Both the position numbers and the translations under genes were made by a program. Below are positions 51,619 to 64,000 of a stretch of 64,000 bases of DNA, piece by piece (the first letter of the stretch is position 1; the number at the start of each line of letters is the position of its first letter). Below the pieces are notes generated by a model, which did not search any database, was not told the origin of the DNA, and saw nothing but the letters and a program-made list of their open reading frames with translations. Source of the stretch: Eledone cirrhosa (Eukaryota); assembly GCA_964016885.1 (NCBI GenBank), contig OZ024743.1:356128001-356192000 (forward strand), read 5' to 3'.

Positions 51619-52194
51619 CGATATTAATAAATGGAAACTATATTTATAAAACCATATTTATTTCATTATACATATTTCAAGGATACCAAGTTAAATTATG
51701 GTATGCCTTCATCAGACAAAATACAATATATATCAGTTTTACAAATAAGCATTGACGAACCCTGTCAAAATGCGACCATTACTTTTGGAGGACATCAGGA
51801 TAGTGGTTTGTTTATATTATTTTAGTAAGTCTTAGTGTTAAGGACAATTACAAAAGACGGAGAGAGAAAAGCGTGGAGAAAAAGGGAGAGATAAATAAAG
51901 AAAAAGAGGAAAGAAAAGAAGAAAAAAGGAAAAAATAAGAAAACAGAGGAAAGCAACAGAGAGATATCAAACCATCAGACAGAGAGAAAAAACTCAAGAG
52001 AGAGAAATCCCGATGTCCTCCAAAAGTAATGGTCGCATTTTGAAAGGGTACGTCACTGCTTATTTGTAAAACTGATATATATTGTATTTTGTCTGATGAA
52101 GGCATACCATAATTTAACTTGGTATCCTTGAAATATGTATAATGAAATAAATATGGTTTTATAAATATAGTTTCCATTTATTAATATCGTATAT
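51614..52194. repeat. Inverted repeat, ~188-bp arms, ~205-bp spacer
   Basis: 51614-51801 versus 52007-52194; the ORF track shows the same peptide start on both strands. Confidence 0.95.
52088..52143 (+). ncRNA. Hammerhead-like motif with long stem II, probably decayed (mirror copy near 51665-51720)
   Basis: CTGATGA-AGGcATACCA...TGGTATCCTt-GAAATATGTA; stem I is out of register by one base. Confidence 0.55.
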
Positions 52195-52966
52195 CTACTC
52201 CAAATACTTGTCGAGTGCTTTATATCAGTTATAAAAATATTTACTTGTTGTATCCCAACAATTTAAATAGAACTTTTGCATCTTTATATATATATATATA
52301 TATATAGACATATATATATATATATATATATTTGATATTTTTTATCTGTTTGTCCCGAATCTTCTATTATCGATTTTTTTCGTATGGTTGATTGTAGACT
52401 TGTTCTATATGTGACGGTATTTTAACGATAGTTATAGCTCTGATTCATCTGAATTATTGAGCCCTCTGCCGCTCATTTCGAATTTTGTTTATCGTGAACT
52501 CGTGCGCCGATTTTTCGATACTCGATCTTTCTAATATATATATATATATATATAATAAATACAATATCGGAGAAAGCTTTTTAGCGATACTCCGGCCAAA
52601 TTACAACTCACTCAACAAACATTAGGAAATAAGTGATTATATTCCCAATTATGCGTTCAGGGTGCTAACTAAAAGTATTGCGTGGAAAATTGGCTGTATT
52701 ATTTCATATGAGACATATCGAATATATCTCTTCCCAGACGAACGTCTCGTTTCATTATAGGATTCCTACAATTTGGGTTAAATTATACCAATTTATGTAG
52801 GAGCTTGTATACCATCAATAGATATATATTCAAATGGGCTCCTATAATTCATCATATATAAATATATAGACGTAATTTTCACCTAATTTTCACACATTCA
52901 CGCACCCACCCATCATTAGTGTCACCGTGTACATATAAGGATTTTCAGATAGATACACAGAGAGCA

Positions 52967-53044
<78 letters not shown>

Positions 53045-53047
<3 letters not shown>

Positions 53048-53565
53048 TTGGAGTTCGTTTATGTTTGTAGCCTCTATCATTTGTCTGAACATTGCATCTT
53101 TTCTGTGTGTGGGTATAATTTTTATCTCTATGTTCTCTAATGTGCCCCTATGTTCCATTTTGGCATGTTAGTGGAGTACTCATGAGTTTCTCCCATCCCG
53201 GAGTTCTCGCCAGTGTTCACTAATCCTTCCTCCTATGCTACAGGCTGTTTCACCTATGTAGGTTATTTTCTTATTCCTACATTGTCTCTCAGTGCATCTT
53301 ATGGTATATACTACGTTCCTAGTTTTGCAGCTAGTTTTACGGGCTTAGCTTGCAGACTATGCATTTCCTATCAATGCAGAGGGTTCTTTGAAATGGGTAT
53401 GTTTTACTAATTAGGGTCTTTATGGGAATACCTGGTCTTTCAACTATCTTAATAGTCAATTTGAGCTTTCATAGGGCCCATCTAAATCTGTAAGCCAGTT
53501 CGCCTCTAGGAGTTGTATTGACGAACATTACACTCTGGTATTTATTGCTATCGTACTATGAGTTG
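53045..53565 (-). mobile_element. Second, decayed Penelope-like GIY-YIG fragment
   Basis: Minus strand: CKTRNVVYTIRCTE, TYIGETACS, IEIKII..HRKDAMFRQMIEA; homologous to 45130-45650. Confidence 0.85.
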
Positions 53566-54112
53566 ATTTAATGAGTTGATTTTATTTACATACAAGTTTG
53601 AGATTTTCTTGTTGACCCCAATAGTCAAGGCCTGCCATGCCATCTATATTTTTTATGATTGATCTTTCAGTTGCTTAAATTTTCATAATAATTTCGTGTG
53701 GGGTGACCACAGTGCACAAGATAATTCAAGGTAGCATCGGGAAATAATAGAGAAAAGAAGGATAATGGTGTGGAAATCTCTCTTTAACCGCTAGAACAAA
53801 AGGATGGTGATTGTCCTTTATAAAACATTGTGTTATGAGGTGATTTGCTTGCAAACGAATCGAATAATATTATTATTCAATATAAAACTCACGAACGCAT
53901 TATGTATAGGGTTAGTGTGGTTACTAAACTCCATGTCCAACGTCTTTTTTCTGATATCGTGTTGGTACAAGGAGAAGTTGGGACAAGAAATACTCATCTA
54001 TAAAGTCGAGTGGGTTGTAACATAGATTCCCGCCGTTGAAATGAGCCTTCTTCATAAAACAACAGCGGGAATTTATGTTACAACCCAATATATATATATA
54101 TTAAATTCAAAG

Positions 54113-54176
<64 letters not shown>

Positions 54177-54605
54177 GACATAATCACAGATACATATATG
54201 AGTTTGGCAACCATTCACGGTGTGGCTCAATGAAGAATTAATTAAATAATTATTAATCAGAGCTATATATGAAAATGTTAATCCAAAGAATCATTACATA
54301 AAATATATACAGTATTTCCTCTCCCAATCAGTATAAATCAACCACATAAGAAATCATTTAAACGAAGCTATAAGTTTAAAATATACTTATGAAGAAATAA
54401 TAGACAAATGATACAGATTATTTTCCGCGATGTACAGCTATATGTCAGTTAACTAATTATTTCTTCTAGCCTTTAGAAATTGACTAGACAAATAGTTAAC
54501 TACACAGAGTTAGGTACAAAATAGAAGTTTGAAGAAAAAATGCACATAAATTTTCCGAGAATTCTAATATATAGTTATGTAATAAACAACATAAGATAAT
54601 TAATT

Positions 54606-54639
54606 CATTTACCAATGGTTTCTTCATTCATCAGAAAAC
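54606..54639 (-). ncRNA. Ultra-minimal hammerhead-like motif lacking helix II
   Basis: TT-CTGATGA-atgaa-GAA-ACCAtTGGT-A-AA; stem I is very weak. Confidence 0.4.
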
Positions 54640-55034
54640 ATTTTTATTATTGAATGTGATATGGATTTGAAAACAGAGTTTAGAGTTTAAATAAAAATAT
54701 TTAAAAATATTAAAAATACATATTTTTTTATATTTTTATTTTTTGATTTTATTTATTTATTTCCATGTGTGTTCCCCTAGCTACTTTCCCAGTTAGATTT
54801 TATGCATGGGGGTGTGCCGTGTTTTGTAATTGTACGTATATGGTTTCATGCCTATACGTGTGTGTGCGGTTGTGTATCCACATGCATGTTTGTATGTCTG
54901 TGTGTATATATATGTTTACGATTACGTCTATGTGCACACTTAAGTGTAAGCGTGCGCGTGTATGTGAGCATATGATGTCTGTATACGTGCGTATATAGGC
55001 AGATGTGTGTATGTGTAGATGTATATATATATAT

Positions 55035-55358
55035 ATATATTGGTAAACGGAATAGAAAATGCTGACAAATTGTTCACAGTTGAAAAATGGTTTAATTAGG
55101 AATAAAAGAGTATTAGTGATTGTATGGGTTAGTATTCAGTTGTGGTTTTAAGTTTTTAAGTTTTTACCGGTTGCGCATTTCTTTTTGCAAATTATTTTTT
55201 AAAAGCATTTAGAAATGCGCAACCGGTAAAAACTTAAAAACTTAAAACCACAACTGAATACTAACCCATACAATCACTAATACTCTTTTATTCCTAATTA
55301 AACCATTTTTCAACTATGAACAATTTGTCAGCATTTTCTATTCCGTTTACCAATATAT
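55035..55358. repeat. Inverted repeat, 148-bp arms, 28-bp spacer
   Basis: 55035-55182 versus 55211-55358, almost identical. Confidence 0.95.
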
Positions 55359-55388
55359 AATAACTTGTGTGTTATACATCTATTCTTT

Positions 55389-55439
<51 letters not shown>

Positions 55440-55686
55440 CATGTGTATGTATAGAGAGATGTGTGTATATATATTTATACGTTAATATTGAGTACGTGTG
55501 TGATTGTGTGCCTGTGTGTGCGCATATGTGAGCGAAATGTGTGTATTTGTATTTCTATGTAGACGCACATATACTTATGTGTGATTGTATAGGTTTACGT
55601 ACTATTACGTATATACATGAGTTTGTGTATGTTTATGTATTTGGATATTTATTATTTTTTTCCCCTCAGTTTATGCCCGTTATTAT

Positions 55687-55687
<1 letters not shown>

Positions 55688-55749
<62 letters not shown>

Positions 55750-56455
55750 ATAAAAAAGAAAGAAGTCAGCGTAAGTGTCATACTACAGTCATGCTAGAAA
55801 ACGCCGCGAAAAATGTTATTCCAAAGAATCTATATTTTACCAAAGGCATATATAATGGGTGTCTGTATGGTCTAATGTGTGAACAGAAAATTGGAACGTT
55901 AAACTTATGTTACGAGTTATAGGATGAAATTAAATTAAAAAATAATAAATTGAAAAATTAAAAAAAATAAAAAAAAAATATTAGAAAATTAAAGGTTAAG
56001 GTAGCGAGATTTATTTAATGAACATACAGAGAGAGTCTTATATGAAAAAGTTAATCTCGATAAGATATCAGGGTGGGATATAGAGTACAGATTAAAGCCT
56101 TCCATTGTGAATCCCAGCATACTCTATATCCCACCCTGATATCTTATCGAGATTAACTTTTCATATCAGACTCTCTCTGTAAGTTCATTAAATAAATCTC
56201 GCTACCTTAACCTTTCATTTTCTAATATTTTTTTTTTATTTTTTTTTATTTTTCAATTTATTATTTTTTAATTTAATTTCATCCTAAAACTCGTAACATG
56301 AGTTTAACGTTCCAATTTTCTGTTCACACATTAGACCATACAGACATCCATTATATATGCCTTTGTTAAAATATAGATTCTTTGGAATAACATTTTTCGC
56401 GGCGTTTTCTAGCATGACTGTAGTGTGACCCTTACGCTGACTTCTTTCATTTTTT

Positions 56456-56490
<35 letters not shown>
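55688..56490. repeat. Long inverted repeat, ~330-bp unique arms plus (GAAA)n/(TTTC)n ends, 32-bp spacer
   Basis: Inner boundaries at 56087 and 56120; scattered mismatches. Confidence 0.95.
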
Positions 56491-56493
<3 letters not shown>

Positions 56494-56689
56494 CCTTTTT
56501 TATTCTTTGACGGAGAGATGGTAGTACATTATAAGCCTTCGCCTCCTCACCAGATGGTCATTAGCAGAACGAGTAGCCATCACTTTGAGGGCGACTGGCC
56601 GAGGTGAAAGCAGCTAGTTGGTCAGTCGTCCTCTTTGTCTCTGATTTTTCGGACCCATGGTTTTTACATATTCCTTTGTTATATTTCGA

Positions 56690-56737
56690 ATACCTGATGA
56701 TATCACCGGATTCATATCATTGAAATGATCATAGTAT
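56690..56737 (+). ncRNA. Hammerhead-like motif
   Basis: ATAC-CTGATGA-(21 nt, poor stem II)-GAA-ATGATCAT-A-GTAT, then AATAAA; palindromic stem III. Confidence 0.55.
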
Positions 56738-56881
56738 AATAAACCTTTCAAGGAGTTACACCAGTCCAACCTCCTGTTATTTTATTTATATATATACATA
56801 TATATATATGAATGTATATATATATATATGGTTATACTAGTTTAAACCTTATATAATCCTGATCTGTATATATATATATAT

Positions 56882-56938
<57 letters not shown>

Positions 56939-57327
56939 TTCATTGGTTAGCATCTAAGTGGTTAGTCACGGTGGAGACAGAGTAGATGATGAGGAAATAG
57001 AAGGAAATAAAAGGAGTGGAAGAAACAAGTAAAACATAACACAGGGTGCATGAATTGAGAAAGGTACAAGGAGAAGTGAGAGAAAGGGGGGAGAGTTAGA
57101 ATGAAGGAAATGGTAAATAGGAAATAGAAATGTTTTAAAAATCTAAAAAAGGAGGAAAAACAGACAACAATAGAAGGAAGGCTAGAAAGAGAAAAAGACA
57201 GGAAATGGAAGAGAAAACGTACGTGAATAGATAATATGGAAAATATATAATAATAATAATAAATTTGAAGACTAAAATCCAAAGAGGGCTCGATATGGAT
57301 AAATATATATCAAATATATAAGAACCG

Positions 57328-57801
<474 letters not shown>

Positions 57802-58600
57802 AATTGGGAGACGGAAAGAGAAGCATACAAGTGAAACTAATCTCTTGACATGTTTACATCGATGATTGCTTCCCTAGTTCAATTCACTCCCTCTCTATTC
57901 ACTTTGTTTAACAAAGTTGACAGACATGGCATCAACGTAACAGTCTACATACAAATCTACATACACAAATTTCATTCGTCTAAGCAATATTGCTACCTCT
58001 ATTTTTCTGTATGGTTCGTTAAAATTCTGTATCCAGTAATGCTTGAAGCAACATATGTATTTACATTCATTCTCAATCAGAAATATGTATACTACGTATA
58101 GGTACCACCATAGACGTGTGTGTACGGACAACACATACCGACACATATTTTTGTATGTATATATACATATGTACACACAAACACATATATATATATATAT
58201 ACATGAGTACATATGGATGTATATGCATGTATATATGTATGTATCTCTCTCTCTCTCTCTCTGTCTCTCTCTTTATATATGTATGTGTGTGTGCGTGTGT
58301 GTGTGTGTGTGTGTATGAAAAGTAAATAGAAATAACAAAGCAAATGACACGGTACATTGAAGAAATATATTAGTTTAACGCTTCAAATAGCAGGAAAAGA
58401 GTGTTAACGTTTCAGACAGATACACACACACACACACACGCACGCACATACACACACACATATATATATATATATATATGTATACAGTGATGTATATTGT
58501 GTGTACATTATTAGTGTTATTGATATAAATATATATATATATCAATATCACTTAAAATGTAAACCCAATAGTATATATATTGTTGTATATATATATATGC

Positions 58601-59453
<853 letters not shown>

Positions 59454-59607
59454 TTCCTGCTCTGTAAAACACCTGATGTTCTTACATTGAGCTATTTCTC
59501 TTACTAGTAATAAGGTAGTAATACATTACTGACCTTTCCTGTTTATATTTGTTTATAGTATATACATAACTATAAATAGTATCATTATTATTATATATAT
59601 CCACAAG

Positions 59608-59800
59608 GGCGGTGGATTGGCAGTATCAGTAGAGGGTCGGACGCCATGCTTTCCAGCATAGTTACGTCCCTTTACGATCTGTGTTCAAATCCCGCCGAGG
59701 TTGACTTTGCCTTTCATCCTTACGGGGTCGATAAAATAAAGTACCAATACTGCACTGGGTAATTGCTGGCCTTGTGCCTAAAGTAGAGACAATTATTATT
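59608..59800 (+). mobile_element. Nin/Deu-domain tRNA SINE, full length
   Basis: Nearly identical to 50091-50278. Confidence 0.9.
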
Positions 59801-59964
59801 ATATATATCTACATATATATATGTAAATATATATGTATATATATATAACGAAGGAAATGTGGTAAGGAACCAGGTGGACCATAACGCACCAAAGTACTCA
59901 ATACTTAGGGTAGTAGAGTGGGTAATAGGAACAAATAAGACCCCTAGGGGTCTTACTTGTTCCC

Positions 59965-59998
<34 letters not shown>

Positions 59999-62029
59999 AT
60001 GTACTCTACTGTCGATAATTTAAAAGCGTTTATTTGATCGAACAATATAACGATGAAATAATTGAATTGTCATATATCTGTATATTGCACGGTAATATGT
60101 ATCTTTAGTCGTAATTCTCATTAAAATCAGCGGGAGGCAGATTGACAAACCTATATCTTTGAAGCACAGGGACATTTCATCTGACGGGCTTCACGCGGTT
60201 TCTTTGGCTCGTCACGATGCTATGGTAAAAAAACCCTCACTGAATATGCCATTTAATGAGGCCAAACACCGGATCGTCACGATTCTCCCCTGAACGTCTT
60301 AACCACTTCGTCATACATATCGATAAAATGCGTATACGCAGGTTATAAACGATATGTCACCTTTTGATATCGTATTTTGTGTCTTTCATCTTGGATTCAT
60401 TTCGCGTATTTCTTGATTGTTATTTTGGGGAGAATTTTTATGTTGTTTTGTACAAACTAGACTTCCAGATGTGCGGCGACATGTCAACTACGTGAATAAT
60501 TTCAGGGTTTAAACTAGTCGTTGGAAACCTGCTCCCCACGAAGCTTTCTGAATGGCTCGCCTAAGTCACCTAAGTGAAATCTTTCTGATTTGTTTACAAA
60601 ACTTATCAGTCGTAATTTATCTTTCTATCATTTTTACGATCAAGGAAAACAACGTGTACGAATTCTGAAGAAACAAATCACAACAACCTAAATTACCGCC
60701 CCTTTTTTAATGTGGGCACGAATGTAAATAAGTGCATGCCGCCCGCTTAATGATGAGCCATATCTCATGCGGCCCGCTTCTCGAAAAAGGTTGTCGATGT
60801 CTGGTTTTAAACTAAAAAAGACAACGGGAGGAGGTAGAGCACGGCTTATTATGTAATAGGTCATAGTCGCTGCAGATAATAATAACGTTTTTGGCTTTTT
60901 ATTATAAAGACTACATAATATGACAGCTGCAGCTTGATCACGTCTGTCTTGCTCATTTGATGGCTGTTGCTGTCGAGTCACGCATGCGGATTTTTGGGAA
61001 TATGTGTAGTTCGCGTTGGATTGGCTTAGTTTGGAGTATGCGTATGGTTTGATTTAGCAGGAGTCATTAGTACAGGTTGGCATTCGGTTTAGGGTGTTTA
61101 CTGGGTATTTGTGGCCAGATTGGATCAGTAAGTCTTATTTACGTATACATTTATTAAACGTGTATTTAGTTTCACTCAGAAATTATAACCACATATAAAC
61201 AACAGGTACTTTGTTTGCATATCGAATCGAATAGTTTTGCCTCTTAGAATCTCGTCACGTGTAGCTTACATGCCGATGTTCAGAAAACACGTAAACAAAT
61301 TATGAGAATTTGAGGTTGATAACTGACAATAACGTAAGCTACAAACACACTATGGTTGTAGATCAATGTTTATTTGTGAGGCCATTATGTTTAATTAACA
61401 CATATTTGATCTCTGTTCTAAAAGTTTACACAGAAGTAAGGGAAAGGTGAGATAAGCTGTCAATGATGATTCTTTTATAAGAGATAAAACTAGTTATTTC
61501 ATAATTTAAAGATCCAGTTGTGTCACACACACAGCATCACGCTGATTTGCCTGAAGAATAAGCTAAGTATACATGTGTATGGAATACTTAGCCACTTTCA
61601 TGTTAAGTCAGCGATTAGGTAGTTCAGTTGATCGAAGTAATGAAATTAAATACGCTGCCATTAAATAATGGATTAATTCAACTGTTCTACTCATGTTTTA
61701 CATGATTTTTAAATTAATGATAATTTCTAATTAAAGACCAAAGGAAAAGCGAATTAGTAAATTCTTGTATTTCGTGATGTAACTTTTCAAGCTGAATGCA
61801 AATGCTACAGACACCGATATAACTGCTACTAATTTTTACAACGAAAAATTTGTAAAAATATTTATAAACAACCTTTGTCTATCAGGACGCCTGGTAGATT
61901 TTTGATAAACACAGTAGGTTGATTAAATCGAATGTATGTCTTAAAATCTGTGTTAGGCCTCTTTATTTTCTACTGTGAACGTGCATGACCTTGTTGTTTG
62001 GGTGTTCAACTGAAGGTCGTACGTAATAT

Positions 62030-62170
62030 TGTGAGTTCGGCCCCGGGTGCTATGTTGCTTCCTTAAGCAAGACACTTTATTTTCTGTTGCTCCAGTCCAC
62101 TCAGCTGGCAGAAAGTTTTATCTTTAATTTAAAGGGCCAGTTTTGTCACACTTGTGTCACGTGAATCTCC
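62030..62170 (+). mobile_element. Meta/MESC-like tRNA SINE (partial)
   Basis: gtgagttcgg..., cttaagcaagacactttattt..ttgctccagtccactcagctg; shares its 3' end with 4021-4195. Confidence 0.7.
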
Positions 62171-63251
62171 ATGACTATCCTCAAATTATTTCTAAAAATA
62201 ATAAAAATAAACAAGAGGTGTTTCTAGTTTATTCAGTGACTGTTAATAACTTAGAGTATACACACTATCATACAGTTAGGTAACACATCATAAAATAAAT
62301 ATTGTTATTTTAATCATATGCAGAGCTCCAAAATTTATATTATGGTATTTCCTCAATTGTCAGTATTAAGTGTCCGTTATGGGAATTTTCTTTTAATTAA
62401 ACATTTCATCAAATGTATTTTTAGATATAGGGTAAATTTTTATTCTCTGTAGATCAAAGAAGTGGTGTGTGAGAAGTGGTGTGGGAGAATATTTTGTTTC
62501 ATTTCATATCTCGCGAAGTTATTTCCAGTTATTTTCAGAATGTGTACTAGTGTTTAGGCTAAACTTCTTATGTGACAAATATTACTCAAGTTAACAAAAC
62601 ATATTCCATCATCGCACTATATTTTCCAAATGTAGTGTAAAAAGTGGTCAATTCGCTACAATCTATGGAGGAGATGAGAAACTTAATGATAAATGCTAAA
62701 GAAATCTAGGAAAGGAAAAGAGCTGTCATAAACAACATATTCAGATGAAATTAAAATTATGCATGGAATAAGAAGTATTATATATTTAATCCGATATTTT
62801 ACAAGCACCGCAACATATGTTACGCTGACATTGAAAACAAGGAGCTGGATATAGGTAATAGATTACAGGATATATAAGGAATGGAAGCTGAATTTCGCCG
62901 TACTCGTCTCCAGAAAAGTTTGGTTATCAACGTGATTTTACTTTGATAGGTTTAGTTACCAAGAACAACCGCAACAAAAACTGGTAGGAATTTATGAGGA
63001 AAAAGCTTTATGACTGATATTTGCCCCCCCCCCCTCCCGCACCCCGGCCCCGTTTTTGTTTTTTTTTGTACATCCATCCATTCACTAATTCATTTACTGC
63101 CATCCCCCTCCATTCAGCCCCTTTTCGCTCTCGTTTTCTGGCACCTCCATATATATGTATGTATACAGACGTACAATAGTATGTATATATATATATATAT
63201 TCATACATGCACACATATATATAATACTGTACGTCTGTATACATATATGTA

Positions 63252-63572
63252 GCCAGGGTAAAACCGTACCAGCAGCTAGGAGCATGCTCGGGGCTCCATA
63301 TGACAGGTAGGCCAGCGGGTAGGCAGAGGGCGCTCGGCTGAGGCAGGCCTCGAGCAGATGATCCCGGCGTAAAGAGTTAAAGGCATATCTCATGTCAAGC
63401 TTCACAATGAGGTGTATGGAATCCCTGGATGCCGGTACCGATGGGTAGCTGCTGAAGAACTGCCTGATTGCATGAGCGGCTCCCTCTCAGCCACCGGACA
63501 CGCCGACACCTAGTTGCACCGGACTAAACTCCTCACCCAGTTCGTGTGTGATGGACTTGCAGATGACCTTGG
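63252..63572 (-). mobile_element. CRE-like RT fragment, second copy
   Basis: SPVQLGVGVSGG, KLDMRYAFNSLRRDHLLEACLSRAP; homologous to 40035-40295. Confidence 0.85.
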
Positions 63573-63782
63573 CATATATGTATGTACGTATGCATACTTA
63601 TATTTAAGTAACAGCCGTACTAAGACTGAGAAATGAAATTTCGTTTCATTTTTTCCGTTTATCGTTTTCGGTGCGCCCGGCCGATTAACTCACTCGATAT
63701 GCAAACTAGGCTGCTCAGCCGTTAATATGCACAAGGAAAGTATATACTTTCAGATGTTCAACCATCTGGCAGGAAGATATAC

Positions 63783-63821
63783 GTTGCTGACGATAGCTAA
63801 TAAGCTTGAAACTAGTACAGC
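63783..63821 (+). ncRNA. Minimal type I hammerhead ribozyme
   Basis: GTTG-CTGACGA-tAGCTaataAGCTt-GAA-ACTAGT-A-CAGC; palindromic stem III; predicted cleavage after A63817. Confidence 0.8.
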
Positions 63822-64000
63822 TTTCCTTTGTCAGTGTTGAACAAATGAGCAACGATGGTTGCTAGACACTGTACGGTTTAATTCGAGATGTTTGTTTACA
63901 AACACACCAAGCATTATAATAAATGTTCGGTGAATCCATACGTATATATATATATATGTGTGCATGTATGTATATATATACATACTACTGTACGTCTGAT

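Noticed and set aside
62660-62940. Possible hAT transposase relic (NLMINAKEI, MEAEFRRTRLQK)
   Set aside because: Too short and degenerate, and no TIRs found; needs a profile search.

Overview
AT-rich, microsatellite-dense animal DNA with one 200-N scaffold gap (32802-33001). The SINE and LINE families look like those of a coleoid cephalopod, probably Octopus (inference). No host protein-coding gene can be called with confidence, and most ORF-track entries are translated microsatellites. The window is a transposable-element landscape: a 5'-truncated but nearly intact RTE LINE with a PHD-type C4HC3 finger inside its reverse transcriptase, Tx1/L1 and CRE-like LINE fragments, two Penelope-like GIY-YIG fragments (one with ~515-bp inverted pseudo-LTRs), two Tc1/mariner relics, piggyBac-type MITEs, Helitron/DINE-like pieces and several tRNA-derived SINE families. 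The main signal is in 37-64 kb: about a dozen minimal type I hammerhead ribozyme motifs, intact or decayed, two homologous pairs showing compensatory stem changes. They co-occur with an unusually dense set of fold-back palindromes and long inverted repeats, several turning at or beside the ribozyme motif. All motifs were read by eye; no activity is demonstrated.
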